The translations under genes and the position numbers were made by a program. A stretch of 64,000 nt of DNA from an uncultured delta proteobacterium (lineage in GTDB: Bacteria > Myxococcota > Myxococcia > Myxococcales > Myxococcaceae): positions 320,001 through 384,000 of the forward strand of contig CAVYSY010000033.1 in the NCBI GenBank assembly GCA_963771175.1. Reading direction: 5' to 3'. Below, in pieces: positions 53,112-62,026 of this stretch. How positions within the stretch are numbered: position 1 is the stretch's first letter; each line of letters starts with the position of its first letter. The notes below the pieces were generated by a model. It was not told the DNA's origin and did no database searches. It saw only the letters and a list, made by a program, of their open reading frames with translations.

Positions 53112-54893
53112 TCACACGCCCGGACTCACCCCAGCTCCCGACCCGCGCTGCCCGGCGCCCACGTATCGCGCCCGGATCGACATCCACTTGCGCGCGACCA
53201 CCAACCCGAAGCTCAGCAAGCCAACACTGAGCAGGTTCTCGGCCAGGAGGGCCAGGTGCCGCCCCTCCGCCCCCGCGAAGACGAGGAGCCCCAGCGGCAC
53301 CAGGAGGCAGGTGCCCAGCACGGGGGCCGCGTCGCTCCACGGGCCCGCACCGAAGTTCTCCGCCAGCGCGTGCATCATGCTGAAGACCCCGCACAGGCCC
53401 ACTCCCACCAGCACGCCCATGCTCGCGCCGAACGCGAGGCTGCTGGACTGGTGGTTCTGCAGGATGGGCTGGAGGAAGGCCCCCAGCGAGGCGAAGGCCG
53501 CGACCATGCCCAACAGCACGGTGCCAAACCACGTCCCCGGTGTCTCCCGCCTCCGCAGGAAGAACACCAGCAGGCCTGGGAAGACGAGCAGCAGGCCCAG
53601 CACGGCCCCCAGCGCCCTCTCACGCTCCATGCCCCAGGACAGGTCGGCGTAGGCGAACTGCAAGCCAATGAGGCCCACCGAGACGACCAGCACCAGTCCC
53701 TCCAGCAGTCCCCACATCACCGCCAGCAGTTGCCTCCGGGTGGGCGAGCGTCGCTCGTGCACACGCTGCATCCACAGCACGCCACACGCCGTCCCGCACA
53801 GCGTCCCCGCGGTCACGCCCCCTACAATCCAGCCACCCTCCTGCATCGGTATCGTGACGAGCGCCGCGACGCCCCCCGCCAACCCGCCCAAGGTCGCCGC
53901 TCCGACCGCCGCTCCCACTCCCGTGAGCACGCTCAATCCCAGCGCCCCCACCATGGCGAGGCAGTAGCTCATCATGAGGTGCTGGGAGACCGACTCCAGC
54001 ACACCAGGGAGGAACAACCCGGGGTTGCGCTGGAGCGAGCCAGCGAGTGACAGGTCGAACAGGAGCACCGTGACGAGCGGCCCCAACAGACATCGCAGCA
54101 GGAAGAAGAGCACCGGCGCTTGCTGGGCCTGGGCCACCGAGAGCTCGTACGCACCGAACCCCGGCGCCAGCCGCGGGTCCACACTGGAGAGTTCCCGCTT
54201 CCACCCCTCCGAGTCCGCGATGGCGGCCAGGAAGAGCTGGATGGTCCCGTAGGTGAAGCTCCGCTGCCGCCAGCCCTGCGGCCCAGCACTGGCCCGCCGC
54301 CGCCAGAGCGAGAGGACGGCCGATGCCGAGGTGGCGAGCACCCTTCCCTCCTCCCGCGTCCGCTGGGTCACCAGCCCCACCACCTTGCCCCCCTGCATCA
54401 CGGGGCAACCTGGCAGCGCCCGAGCCTCCACGTCGGCCTCCGGGCTCAGGGTCACCTCGAGGACGTCGCCCTGCGGAGCCAGACGCCCCGGGAGCCGCTG
54501 CCCTCCCTGCGCGGAGGAGAGGAGCACGAGGCAGTTGGAGACCTCCGTCGGAGCATCCTCCAGGAGGAACCACTCCTCCCGCACCTCGGCCGAGCCCCCC
54601 AGTACCTCGACCACGAGGGGCTCGCTTCCAGCCACCGCACTCGGGGCAACTCCCTCCATCTCCGGTGCCAGCAGCGCCAGGTTGGACTCGTCATCCGACT
54701 CCACGACGAGCACCTGCTCCGCCTGCCCCGGCGCTCGGACCACGACGCGTTGCACCTCACGGTGCCGGGGTCCCAGCAGGTGGGAGGCGGCCGTCAGGTA
54801 GAGGCCTGGACCCACGCGCCAGGCCGAGGCCTCACGAGCCTCCTCTCCCGTGGGGGAGAGACGAAGACGAACGACCTCGGGTTGAGTGTCCAT
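53112..54893 (-). CDS. Degenerate trypsin-like domain fused to a polytopic membrane domain
   Basis: LTAASHL, NLALL and LPGCPVMQGGKVVGLV (trypsin-like, but the GxSG Ser is missing), followed by about 10 TMs. Confidence 0.55.
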   Translation of the reverse strand: MDTQPEVVRLRLSPTGEEAREASAWRVGPGLYLTAASHLLGPRHREVQRVVVRAPGQAEQVLVVESDDESNLALLAPEMEGVAPSAVAGSEPLVVEVLGGSAEVREEWFLLEDAPTEVSNCLVLLSSAQGGQRLPGRLAPQGDVLEVTLSPEADVEARALPGCPVMQGGKVVGLVTQRTREEGRVLATSASAVLSLWRRRASAGPQGWRQRSFTYGTIQLFLAAIADSEGWKRELSSVDPRLAPGFGAYELSVAQAQQAPVLFFLLRCLLGPLVTVLLFDLSLAGSLQRNPGLFLPGVLESVSQHLMMSYCLAMVGALGLSVLTGVGAAVGAATLGGLAGGVAALVTIPMQEGGWIVGGVTAGTLCGTACGVLWMQRVHERRSPTRRQLLAVMWGLLEGLVLVVSVGLIGLQFAYADLSWGMERERALGAVLGLLLVFPGLLVFFLRRRETPGTWFGTVLLGMVAAFASLGAFLQPILQNHQSSSLAFGASMGVLVGVGLCGVFSMMHALAENFGAGPWSDAAPVLGTCLLVPLGLLVFAGAEGRHLALLAENLLSVGLLSFGLVVARKWMSIRARYVGAGQRGSGAGVSPGV

Positions 54894-54999
54894 GCGAATG
54901 CCCCCGCGCGAGGCCCACGGCACGGGCCCGAGACTCGCGGCGAGGCCACACGCTAACCTGCTTCAGGGAAGTCCGGTAAGGCGCAGGCTCGGCATCGCT

Positions 55000-55427
55000 A
55001 TGACGCGCTTCCATGGCGTCTTCGCACCCGGCGCGAAACTCAGGCCATTTCTGCTCCCTGCGGCGGCGAGGCCGAGCGAGGAGGAGGCACCCGCGGCAGC
55101 GGCAGCAGGGGTGGGCACGTGCAGGGGGCGTCAGCGCGCACCGAGGCTCGACTGGGCGGGACTGCTGCGCCGCGTTTTCAAGGTGGACGTCTTCTCCTGC
55201 GCCAGATGCGGAGGCAGGCGGCGGGTGCTGGCGTACTTGACGCATGCAGCGGCCATCCGCCCCATCCTCCAGCACCTGAAGCTGCCAGACACTCCTGCGC
55301 CGCTCGCACCTGCGCGCTGGCCACCGCAGGAGGCACTCTGGGGGTAGCCGCTCCACTGCGGCAGCACCCGTAAGCCCCATGCCCACTCGCGCCTCACCTC
55401 GCAACAGGGCCCCTGTTCCTCCTATGC
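55000..55427 (+). mobile_element. IS91/ISCR-like rolling-circle element remnant (transposase C-terminus plus putative end)
   Basis: RFHGVFAPGAKLRP..RLDWAGLLRRVFKVDVFSCARCGGRRRVLA..ILQHL..APARWPP; hairpin AACAGG-GCC-CCTGTT at 55403-55417. Confidence 0.75.
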
Positions 55428-55610
55428 GCCGCGGCCTGGACAGGCGAGTACCCCAAGGGGCTGCGCGGCCTCTCCACCAGGATCTCGGTCGATGACTCCA
55501 GCCCCGCGGTCACGGAGCGCAAGAGCTGGGGAGGGTTGGTCTCCTTTCAAGTGTGTCCTGCCGCTAATATCCGCCGCGGCAGAGCATCCCACACGGGATT
55601 TGGAGAGACG

Positions 55611-57155
55611 ATGACTGCACCGAGGCTTTGGCCGCTCGCGCTGGCCCTGATGGTGGGCACGCTGAGCGCCTGTTACGAGGAACCCACCCCCCCACCGGCC
55701 GGGAATGATGACGCGGGAATCGGCAAGGACGCGGGCGTCACCGACGATGCGGGCGTCGGAACCGACGCGGGCGTGGACCCGTGCAACGTGGACAACGTGT
55801 GCGCTCCCAACGCCACCTGCGAAGCTGTAGGTGGAGCCGCCATCTGCACGTGCAAGGCCGGCTACGCGGGCGACGGCGCGACGTGCGCGGACATCGACGA
55901 GTGCGGCACTGGCACCAACACCTGCGATGCCAACGCCACCTGCGCCAATACGCAGGGCGGCTTCACCTGCACCTGCAACAGCGGCTACAGCGGAAATGGC
56001 ACCTCCTGCTATGCCGGAGCTTCTTTTACCGAGGGCATGGTCACCATCACCCTCGACGATGGATGGGACACGCAGTTCACGGGTGCGCGTCCTGCGCTCA
56101 ATCTGCGCGGTATCCGCTCCACCTACTACATCCCGAGCGATCCGGTCCGTGAGGGCTGGTCGAACTTCATGCATGCCGCGGAGGTGCAGACCCTCATCAA
56201 CGAGGGCAACGAGCTGGCCTGTCACACGAAGACCCACCCGGATCTCACCACCCTGACGGCCGAGCAGGTGGAGATCGAGTTGCGCGACTCGCAGGCGTAT
56301 CTGCAGACCCGGTTCGGCGTGTCGGTGCCCGCCTTCGCCGTGCCTTTCGGCAGGCACAACGACGCCATCCTCTCCACCGTGAAGCCGTTCTACACCAGCC
56401 ACCGCACGGTGGCGCATGGCCAGAACTCCCGTGGCACCAACATCTACAAGCTCCGGGCCTACGACGTGACGAGCAGCGTCACCGTGGACACCGTGCGCGG
56501 GTGGATCAACAAGGCGAAGCTGGACCGGACCTGGGTCATCCTCCTCTTCCACGAGTTCGTGAGCGGCACGCCCACCAGGTCGACGCAGGTCGACATCGCC
56601 AACTTCGAGGCCATCCTCGACCACGTCAAGGCGAGTGGTATGCGCACCGTCACCGTCGCCGAGGGCGTGGCGATGATGGACGGGGTGACGACGGACCCCT
56701 CCGAGTACTCCGTCGTGCACGAGGATGAGCTCGGCAGCGGCTTCGTGGACTGGAGCTGGGCGACGCGCAACATGGAGGAGCGCGGCGTGGTTCACTCGGG
56801 TGTCACGTCCATTTCCTTCGAGCCCGACCACTGGAATGGGCTGAACTTCCACCGCGACGTGGCACTCGATGCGAGCCTCTACCAGTCCATCAACCTGTGG
56901 GTGCACGGTGGCACCACCGGCGGGCAGCTCATCAGTGTGAGTTTCCACGATGGCGTCTACGCGCTCAGCGGCTCGGTGCAGCTGGACACGGTGCTGGGTC
57001 ACCCCATCCAGGCCGGTGTCTGGCAGCAGGTCACCATCCCGATCTCCTCTATGAACCTGTCCACGAACTCCATCCATCAGATCCGCATTCATGATGCCTC
57101 GGGCATGGACCAGGGCACCGCCTACCTCGATGAGATCCTGCTCATCCGCCGCTGA
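55611..57155 (+). CDS. Lipoprotein with two EGF-like domains, a NodB polysaccharide deacetylase and a C-terminal CBM-like domain
   Basis: Lipobox LSAC; CTCKAGYAGDG and DIDEC..NTQGGFTCTC (Ca-EGF); ITLDDG, HTKTHPDL and LFHE. Confidence 0.85.
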   Translation: MTAPRLWPLALALMVGTLSACYEEPTPPPAGNDDAGIGKDAGVTDDAGVGTDAGVDPCNVDNVCAPNATCEAVGGAAICTCKAGYAGDGATCADIDECGTGTNTCDANATCANTQGGFTCTCNSGYSGNGTSCYAGASFTEGMVTITLDDGWDTQFTGARPALNLRGIRSTYYIPSDPVREGWSNFMHAAEVQTLINEGNELACHTKTHPDLTTLTAEQVEIELRDSQAYLQTRFGVSVPAFAVPFGRHNDAILSTVKPFYTSHRTVAHGQNSRGTNIYKLRAYDVTSSVTVDTVRGWINKAKLDRTWVILLFHEFVSGTPTRSTQVDIANFEAILDHVKASGMRTVTVAEGVAMMDGVTTDPSEYSVVHEDELGSGFVDWSWATRNMEERGVVHSGVTSISFEPDHWNGLNFHRDVALDASLYQSINLWVHGGTTGGQLISVSFHDGVYALSGSVQLDTVLGHPIQAGVWQQVTIPISSMNLSTNSIHQIRIHDASGMDQGTAYLDEILLIRR

Positions 57156-57283
57156 TCCCCGCAGCGGCGGCCTCGGGCGAGGAAGAGGCACCAACTCCGA
57201 CGCCGGCAACCCCGGCTTCTCCGAGGTGCCGCAGGGGCTGTACTTCATCCACGATGAGCGCCAGGTGTTTCTGCTGCGCGAGG

Positions 57284-57473
57284 CTGCGGTGGCGAGGCCG
57301 AGCGAGGAGGAGGCACCCGCGGCAGCGGCAGCAGGGGTGGGCACGTGCAGGGGGCGTCAGCGCGCACCGAGGCTCGACCAGGCGGGACTGCTGCGCCGCG
57401 TTTTCAAGGTGGACGTCTTCTCCTGCGCCAGATGCGGAGGCAGGCGGCGGGTGCTGGCGTACTTGACGCATGC
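57284..57473 (+). repeat. Second copy (190 bp) of the IS91 transposase fragment
   Basis: Near-identical to 55058-55247. Confidence 0.9.
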
Positions 57474-57882
57474 GCAGCTCCCCCACGTTCCGCACCACCC
57501 GCGCCCGGTGTCTCAGCTGCGGCATGGCCATGTTCAGCGACGTCTCCAGCGCCCACCGCACATCCGCCAGCCCATCCCGCGCGTCCCAGTCCTCCCCTCG
57601 CGCGAACGTCGTCAGGTCCCCCACCACCTCGCGGATGCGTTGGGTGCCCTGCTTCGCCTCGTCGAGGGCCTCCACGCACTCCACCAGCGTGCGCCGCAGC
57701 TCGTCGGGGTTCCTCGGGCCGTTCGGGTCGCTCAGCTCCTGCTTCAGCTCCGCGAGCGCCTCCCCGATGAAGTTGAGGTTGGAGGAGAGGTAGCCCAGGG
57801 GGTTGTTCACCTCGTGCGCCACCCCCGCCGCCAGCGTGCCCAGCGCCGCCAGCCGGTCCGCCTGCAGCAGCTTCAGCTCCAG
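57474..57882 (-). pseudogene. Internal fragment of an NtrB-type sensor histidine kinase
   Basis: QADRLAALGTLAAGVAHEVNNPLGY H-box; truncated at both ends by IS91 pieces. Confidence 0.8.
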
Positions 57883-57967
57883 TGACAAACGCTCCAGAGC
57901 CAGCGCGCCACGCGCCCCGTAGCGGCACAGCCGCTCCAGCCCCTGCCTGTCGTTGGCGTGCAGGTGT
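57883..57967 (-). mobile_element. IS91-family transposase internal fragment
   Basis: Minus strand reads HLHANDRQGLERLCRYGARGALALERLS, the Tyr-containing motif of IS91-type transposases. Confidence 0.75.
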
Positions 57968-58130
57968 TACCTCTCGCCATTCGCTCCTCCATCTTGGGTG
58001 GACGAGCCCGGCGTTGCATGGCGCCGGACCGCCTGCCTTTCAGGACGACAGGTCGCGTCGATTCGTCTCAGCCCCGCACGGCCGCGAAAAGCGTTGACTC
58101 AGCCAACACCGCCCGCGTTCACTCGTCGCC

Positions 58131-58529
58131 ATGGCAAAGGTCACAGGAATCGGCGGCGTCTTCTTCAAGTCCACGAAGGACCACAAGGCGCTCGCCGCCT
58201 GGTACCAGAGGCACCTGGGCATTCCGCTCGAGGACTGGGGCGGCGCAATTCTGAAGTGGCCGGACGACAAGGCCGAGGACAAGGGCCTCACCGTCTGGCA
58301 CGTCGCGGAGAAGGACAGCGAGTGGTTCAGCCCGAGCACGTCGTCCTTCATGATCAACTACCGCGTCGACAACCTCGACGAGCTGCTCGCGCAGCTCCGC
58401 AAGGGCGGAGTCGAAGTCGTCAAGGGCCCCGAGATCCACGAGAACGGCAAGTTCGCGTGGATCATGGACCCGGACGGCAACAAGGTCGAGCTGTGGGAGC
58501 CGATGCTCTGGGACGAGAAGAACAAGTGA
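58131..58529 (+). CDS. VOC/glyoxalase family protein
   Basis: KVTGIGGVFFK, FMINYRVDNL and GKFAWIMDPDGNKVELWEP. Confidence 0.88.
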   Translation: MAKVTGIGGVFFKSTKDHKALAAWYQRHLGIPLEDWGGAILKWPDDKAEDKGLTVWHVAEKDSEWFSPSTSSFMINYRVDNLDELLAQLRKGGVEVVKGPEIHENGKFAWIMDPDGNKVELWEPMLWDEKNK

Positions 58530-59471
58530 GCCTCTCCCGCCTCGGTGGACGGGTTGACTACGCTGCCTGCCTCGGTGCCTCAGCCGTTCGCTCGTACTCG
58601 GCCGGGCTGACGTAGCCGAGTGAGGAGTGACGGCGCCTGCGGTTGTAGAACACCTCAATGTACTCGAACAGCGCGAGCTTCGCCTCCTCGCGCGTCCGGA
58701 AGCTGCGCGTGTGGACGAGTTCCATCTTCAAGCTGCTGAAGAAGCTCTCGACGACGGCATTGTCCCAGCAGTTGCCCTTGCGACTCATCGAGCTGTCGGT
58801 GGTCCGCACGAAGGGTCGTTTTCTGCGTGCCGCCAGGCCTTTCTGCCGCATGAGGCGGGCGACGCGCTTCTCGGAGACACGTCGACCCCGTGCGCGCAGC
58901 TCCGCATGGACGCGGGGGCTGCCGTAGGGTGCCGCGGCTCTCGCGGTGCACGGCCTCTACCTCCACGGTGAGCTCCCGGTCGCTCTTCTTGCGCTGCGAC
59001 TCGGGCCTCTTGGCCCAGGCGTAGTAACCGGAGCGTGAGACGCCGAGCTGGCGGCACATGAAGGCCACCGACGTGGAGGCCTTCTTCGCATGGATGAAGC
59101 GGAACTTCACTTCATCTCCTTCGCGAAGAAGGCCGCCGCATTTTTTAGCAGGTCTCACTCCAGCTCGAGCTGGCGCACGCGCTTGCGCAGCTGGGAGAGC
59201 TCCGCCCGCTCCTCGCTGGTGAGTGCGCCAGGCCTGCCCTGGCCTTTGTCCGTCCTGGCTTGCTCCACCCACTTGCGGAAGGCGGTCTCGGTCAGGTCCA
59301 AGTCTTTCGCCACCTCCGCGACGGACTTGCCCTCCTCCAACACCAGCTTCACCGCCCCGGCCTTGAACTCCGGGCTGGACTACGTCGCTGCCGTCTCTGC
59401 TTCTTCTCGCTCTCCGACATCGAACACCCTTCCATCACATCGGGGGTGTCCACGGAAGCGGGGGATTTTCA
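58527..59471 (-). mobile_element. IS3-family element, internally deleted and inactive
   Basis: Imperfect terminal IRs TGAAAATCCCCCGCTTCCGTGGAC / TGAGCCTCTCCCGCCTCGGTGGAC. orfA (PEFKAGAVKL..) has a frameshift and a stop. orfB jumps from RTTDS to [12 protein letters not shown]. Confidence 0.9.
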
Positions 59472-59557
59472 CCCCCGAAGGAGCTGCAGATGCTCCACTT
59501 CGGGGATATCTACATGTTGGTGAGGAAAGAGTAGCGAGCAGGTTGGATCGCGCTCGC

Positions 59558-60490
59558 CTACCAAAGAGAGGGGTTGGCGGGAGGCGCGTCCTCCAAGAAA
59601 GGCGTCACCATCGATTCGAGTACCTTCGACTCCCCTGAGAGCCCAATATGAGAGGTCGCGGGGAGGATCACCAACCGCGCCGCAGGAACCTTCGTGAGCA
59701 TCCCAGTTGAGGCCGCCTCCTCATCGCCTCCGCCCCGCAGCTTGAACATCGCCACTGCGTGTTCCAGCTTCACGCCATCCGCATCACCCACGATGACCAT
59801 CGTCTTGGCTGACATGGCGCGCATCTGAGCGTCGGTGATGTTCTGGTCGTTGATGTTCAACACCTTCATCTTCTCGATGTAAGCCTCGAACGCCTTGGGA
59901 TCAGCCGTGTGCTTCTTGAACGCTGCTTCGATTGGAGAACCTGCAAACACCTCGGCGCTCAGGCCCTCAATCGACTTGAACACCGCAGGGTACCAACCGT
60001 CCTTACGATAGGTGGCGGACAGCGAGACGAGCTTGTTGACGAGCGTGGGGTGACGCAACGCCAGCTGCAGTGCCACCCCTCCACCTTGGGAGTAGCCCAT
60101 CACATCCGCGCGCTCCACCTTCAGGGCCCGCAGCAATGCCGCAGCGTCATCGCCGAACTGCTCGTAAGACATCTTCCGCGACGTGTCCGCAGTTCGACCG
60201 TGGCCCTGTTGATCAAAGACAATCACCGGGCGCTTCGCAGCGAAGGCCGCCACCCAAGGCTTCATTGAGTCGGTGGATAAGAAAGCCCCAGGAATCAATA
60301 GCAACGGAGCTGTCTTGGACTTGCCCAGCTCTCCGTACACTTCGTAGTAGAGCTTCAAGCCGTTGATGGGCAGATGGCCACTGCGTGAAGGGCTCGGTCC
60401 TTGCGGCTTGGACGGTGGAGGCGACGACTCCGCAGCCCACGCCGTCACCCCCATGGCAACAAGTCCCATCACCACCATTCGTCGAAGCAT
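59558..60490 (-). CDS. Secreted alpha/beta hydrolase
   Basis: Signal peptide, QGHGRTAD, GYSQGG nucleophile elbow and C-terminal His (ATSH). Confidence 0.88.
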   Translation of the reverse strand: MLRRMVVMGLVAMGVTAWAAESSPPPSKPQGPSPSRSGHLPINGLKLYYEVYGELGKSKTAPLLLIPGAFLSTDSMKPWVAAFAAKRPVIVFDQQGHGRTADTSRKMSYEQFGDDAAALLRALKVERADVMGYSQGGGVALQLALRHPTLVNKLVSLSATYRKDGWYPAVFKSIEGLSAEVFAGSPIEAAFKKHTADPKAFEAYIEKMKVLNINDQNITDAQMRAMSAKTMVIVGDADGVKLEHAVAMFKLRGGGDEEAASTGMLTKVPAARLVILPATSHIGLSGESKVLESMVTPFLEDAPPANPSLW

Positions 60491-60708
60491 CCGGCTGGCC
60501 TCCTCGAAAGAGAGCGCACCGCTTATGCCCGAGCAGACACGGAGCGTCGACGACTCACTTCTGCGATGTAGAGCACTTCACATCGTTAGGACAGCGGTGG
60601 GGTTCGACACGCGAATGCGGTAGCCCTTTCGTCCATTCTCGATAGGGGCGTAGCACTTGCCTTTGAAAAGCACGCTGCCGAATCAAGGCCTGATAACCTG
60701 CAGCCCGA

Positions 60709-60806
60709 GTGTACAACTCACCGACCGATCCCCTCGACCCGAACGCTGGACCTGCCGCGACGCTCCTCAAGCTGGTGGTGGTCTCGGGGCCCAGCACCGG
60801 CGCGGA
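60709..60806 (+). pseudogene. Possible 5' fragment of an FHA-domain gene, fused to IS91 sequence
   Basis: LKLVVVSGPSTGAEL resembles the start of a myxobacterial FHA domain. Confidence 0.35.
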
Positions 60807-60975
60807 GCTCCCTGCGGCGGCGAGGCCGAGCGAGGAGGAGGCACCCGCGGCAGCGGCAGCAGGGGTGGGCACGTGCAGGGGGCGTCAGCGCGCACCGAGG
60901 CTCGACCAGGCGGGACTGCTGCGCCGCGTTTTCAAGGTAGACGTCTTTCTCCTGCGCCAGATGCGGAGGCAGGCG
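60807..60975 (+). repeat. Third copy of the IS91 transposase fragment
   Basis: Near-identical to about 55053-55220, with a 1-bp insertion. Confidence 0.9.
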
Positions 60976-61177
60976 CACTTCGGCCGCTCCCATCCGCTCT
61001 ATCCGCATCGGGGTGGAGTATCATCGTGCCGATGACCGACTTGGAGTTGATGAACCGGCCCCCTCCATCTTCGGTGGAGGCGATGGCGCGGGCGGACGAC
61101 ATCATAGCGGAGCACTTCCCAGCGCCGGGCGACGTATCGGTCCCGGGAGGGAGTTCGCAGCCCCAGGAGTCTCGGCC

Positions 61178-61981
61178 GTGAGCGAATCGAACCAGCCCCC
61201 GCTGGACGCCGCCGAGCGCGAGTTCCTCCAGCTCGTGGAGAATGACGCTCCTGAGCCCGACCTCCAGGCGTTCTTGGAGCGCCGCCCCGCGTTCCTCGTG
61301 CTCCCCCACCTCCTCCACCACGGCCTGTTCGAGGACGTGGTGATCAGTCAGTTCCCGCTCGATACCTCGCTGGTCACTGACTTCGTGTACCTGACGAAGC
61401 ACAGCTCAGAGTGGCGCGTGGTCTTCGTGGAAATCGAGCGCGCCGGCAAGAAGCTTTTCAAGGCGAGCGCACCGTACCCGACCGAGCACCACGAGCTGAC
61501 GGCGGCGGTCGCCCAGGTGAAGACCTGGGCCGAATTCCTCCAGCGGTCCAGCGCGGAGGTGGTCCGTAGGTTGTCCCCTTTGATGAAGGGCTTGGCGCAG
61601 ATTCCGATCAACTTCCGATACGTGCTCGTGATCGGGCGGGACACCCAACTCGACTTGGACCACTCCCTGCGGCAGCGGTGGGCGAGCGAGTTCATCCCGG
61701 GCCTGTGCTGCGTCACCTGGGATACTCTTCTTCGGCACTACCGGAAGCAGCGCGACCAAGCTCTCCACCGCCGAGCTGCGATACAGCAAGCATTGGAAGG
61801 TCGTATCCAGGAGCTGTTCGGCCCGGACCCGCGCGGCGACCTCTGGGAGGCGGCGGACCGGGGAGATCCGCCCGTGGAGTGGCTTCCGAGGGAGCGTCCC
61901 AACGTGCTGTCCCTCACCCGAGCGCGCTACACCTTCAAGGCACTCCACAAAATGGGGAAGGTCGAATCTCGAGTCCTTTGA
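61178..61981 (+). CDS. Shedu (SduA/DUF4263)-like anti-phage nuclease
   Basis: EPDLQAFLE..P, SQFPL..VTDF..VFVEIE, AAVAQVKTW, YVLVIGR and TWDTL follow the DUF4263 pattern. Start uncertain (GTG at 61178). Confidence 0.75.
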   Translation: MSESNQPPLDAAEREFLQLVENDAPEPDLQAFLERRPAFLVLPHLLHHGLFEDVVISQFPLDTSLVTDFVYLTKHSSEWRVVFVEIERAGKKLFKASAPYPTEHHELTAAVAQVKTWAEFLQRSSAEVVRRLSPLMKGLAQIPINFRYVLVIGRDTQLDLDHSLRQRWASEFIPGLCCVTWDTLLRHYRKQRDQALHRRAAIQQALEGRIQELFGPDPRGDLWEAADRGDPPVEWLPRERPNVLSLTRARYTFKALHKMGKVESRVL

Positions 61982-62026
61982 CACCTCTCGAGAGACACCT
62001 CTCGAGAGGGGACGTGAGGAAAAGCC

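Noticed and set aside
60615..60685. Minus-strand scrap GSVLFKGKCYAP resembling C-termini of myxobacterial kinases
   Set aside because: Too short to support without a search.
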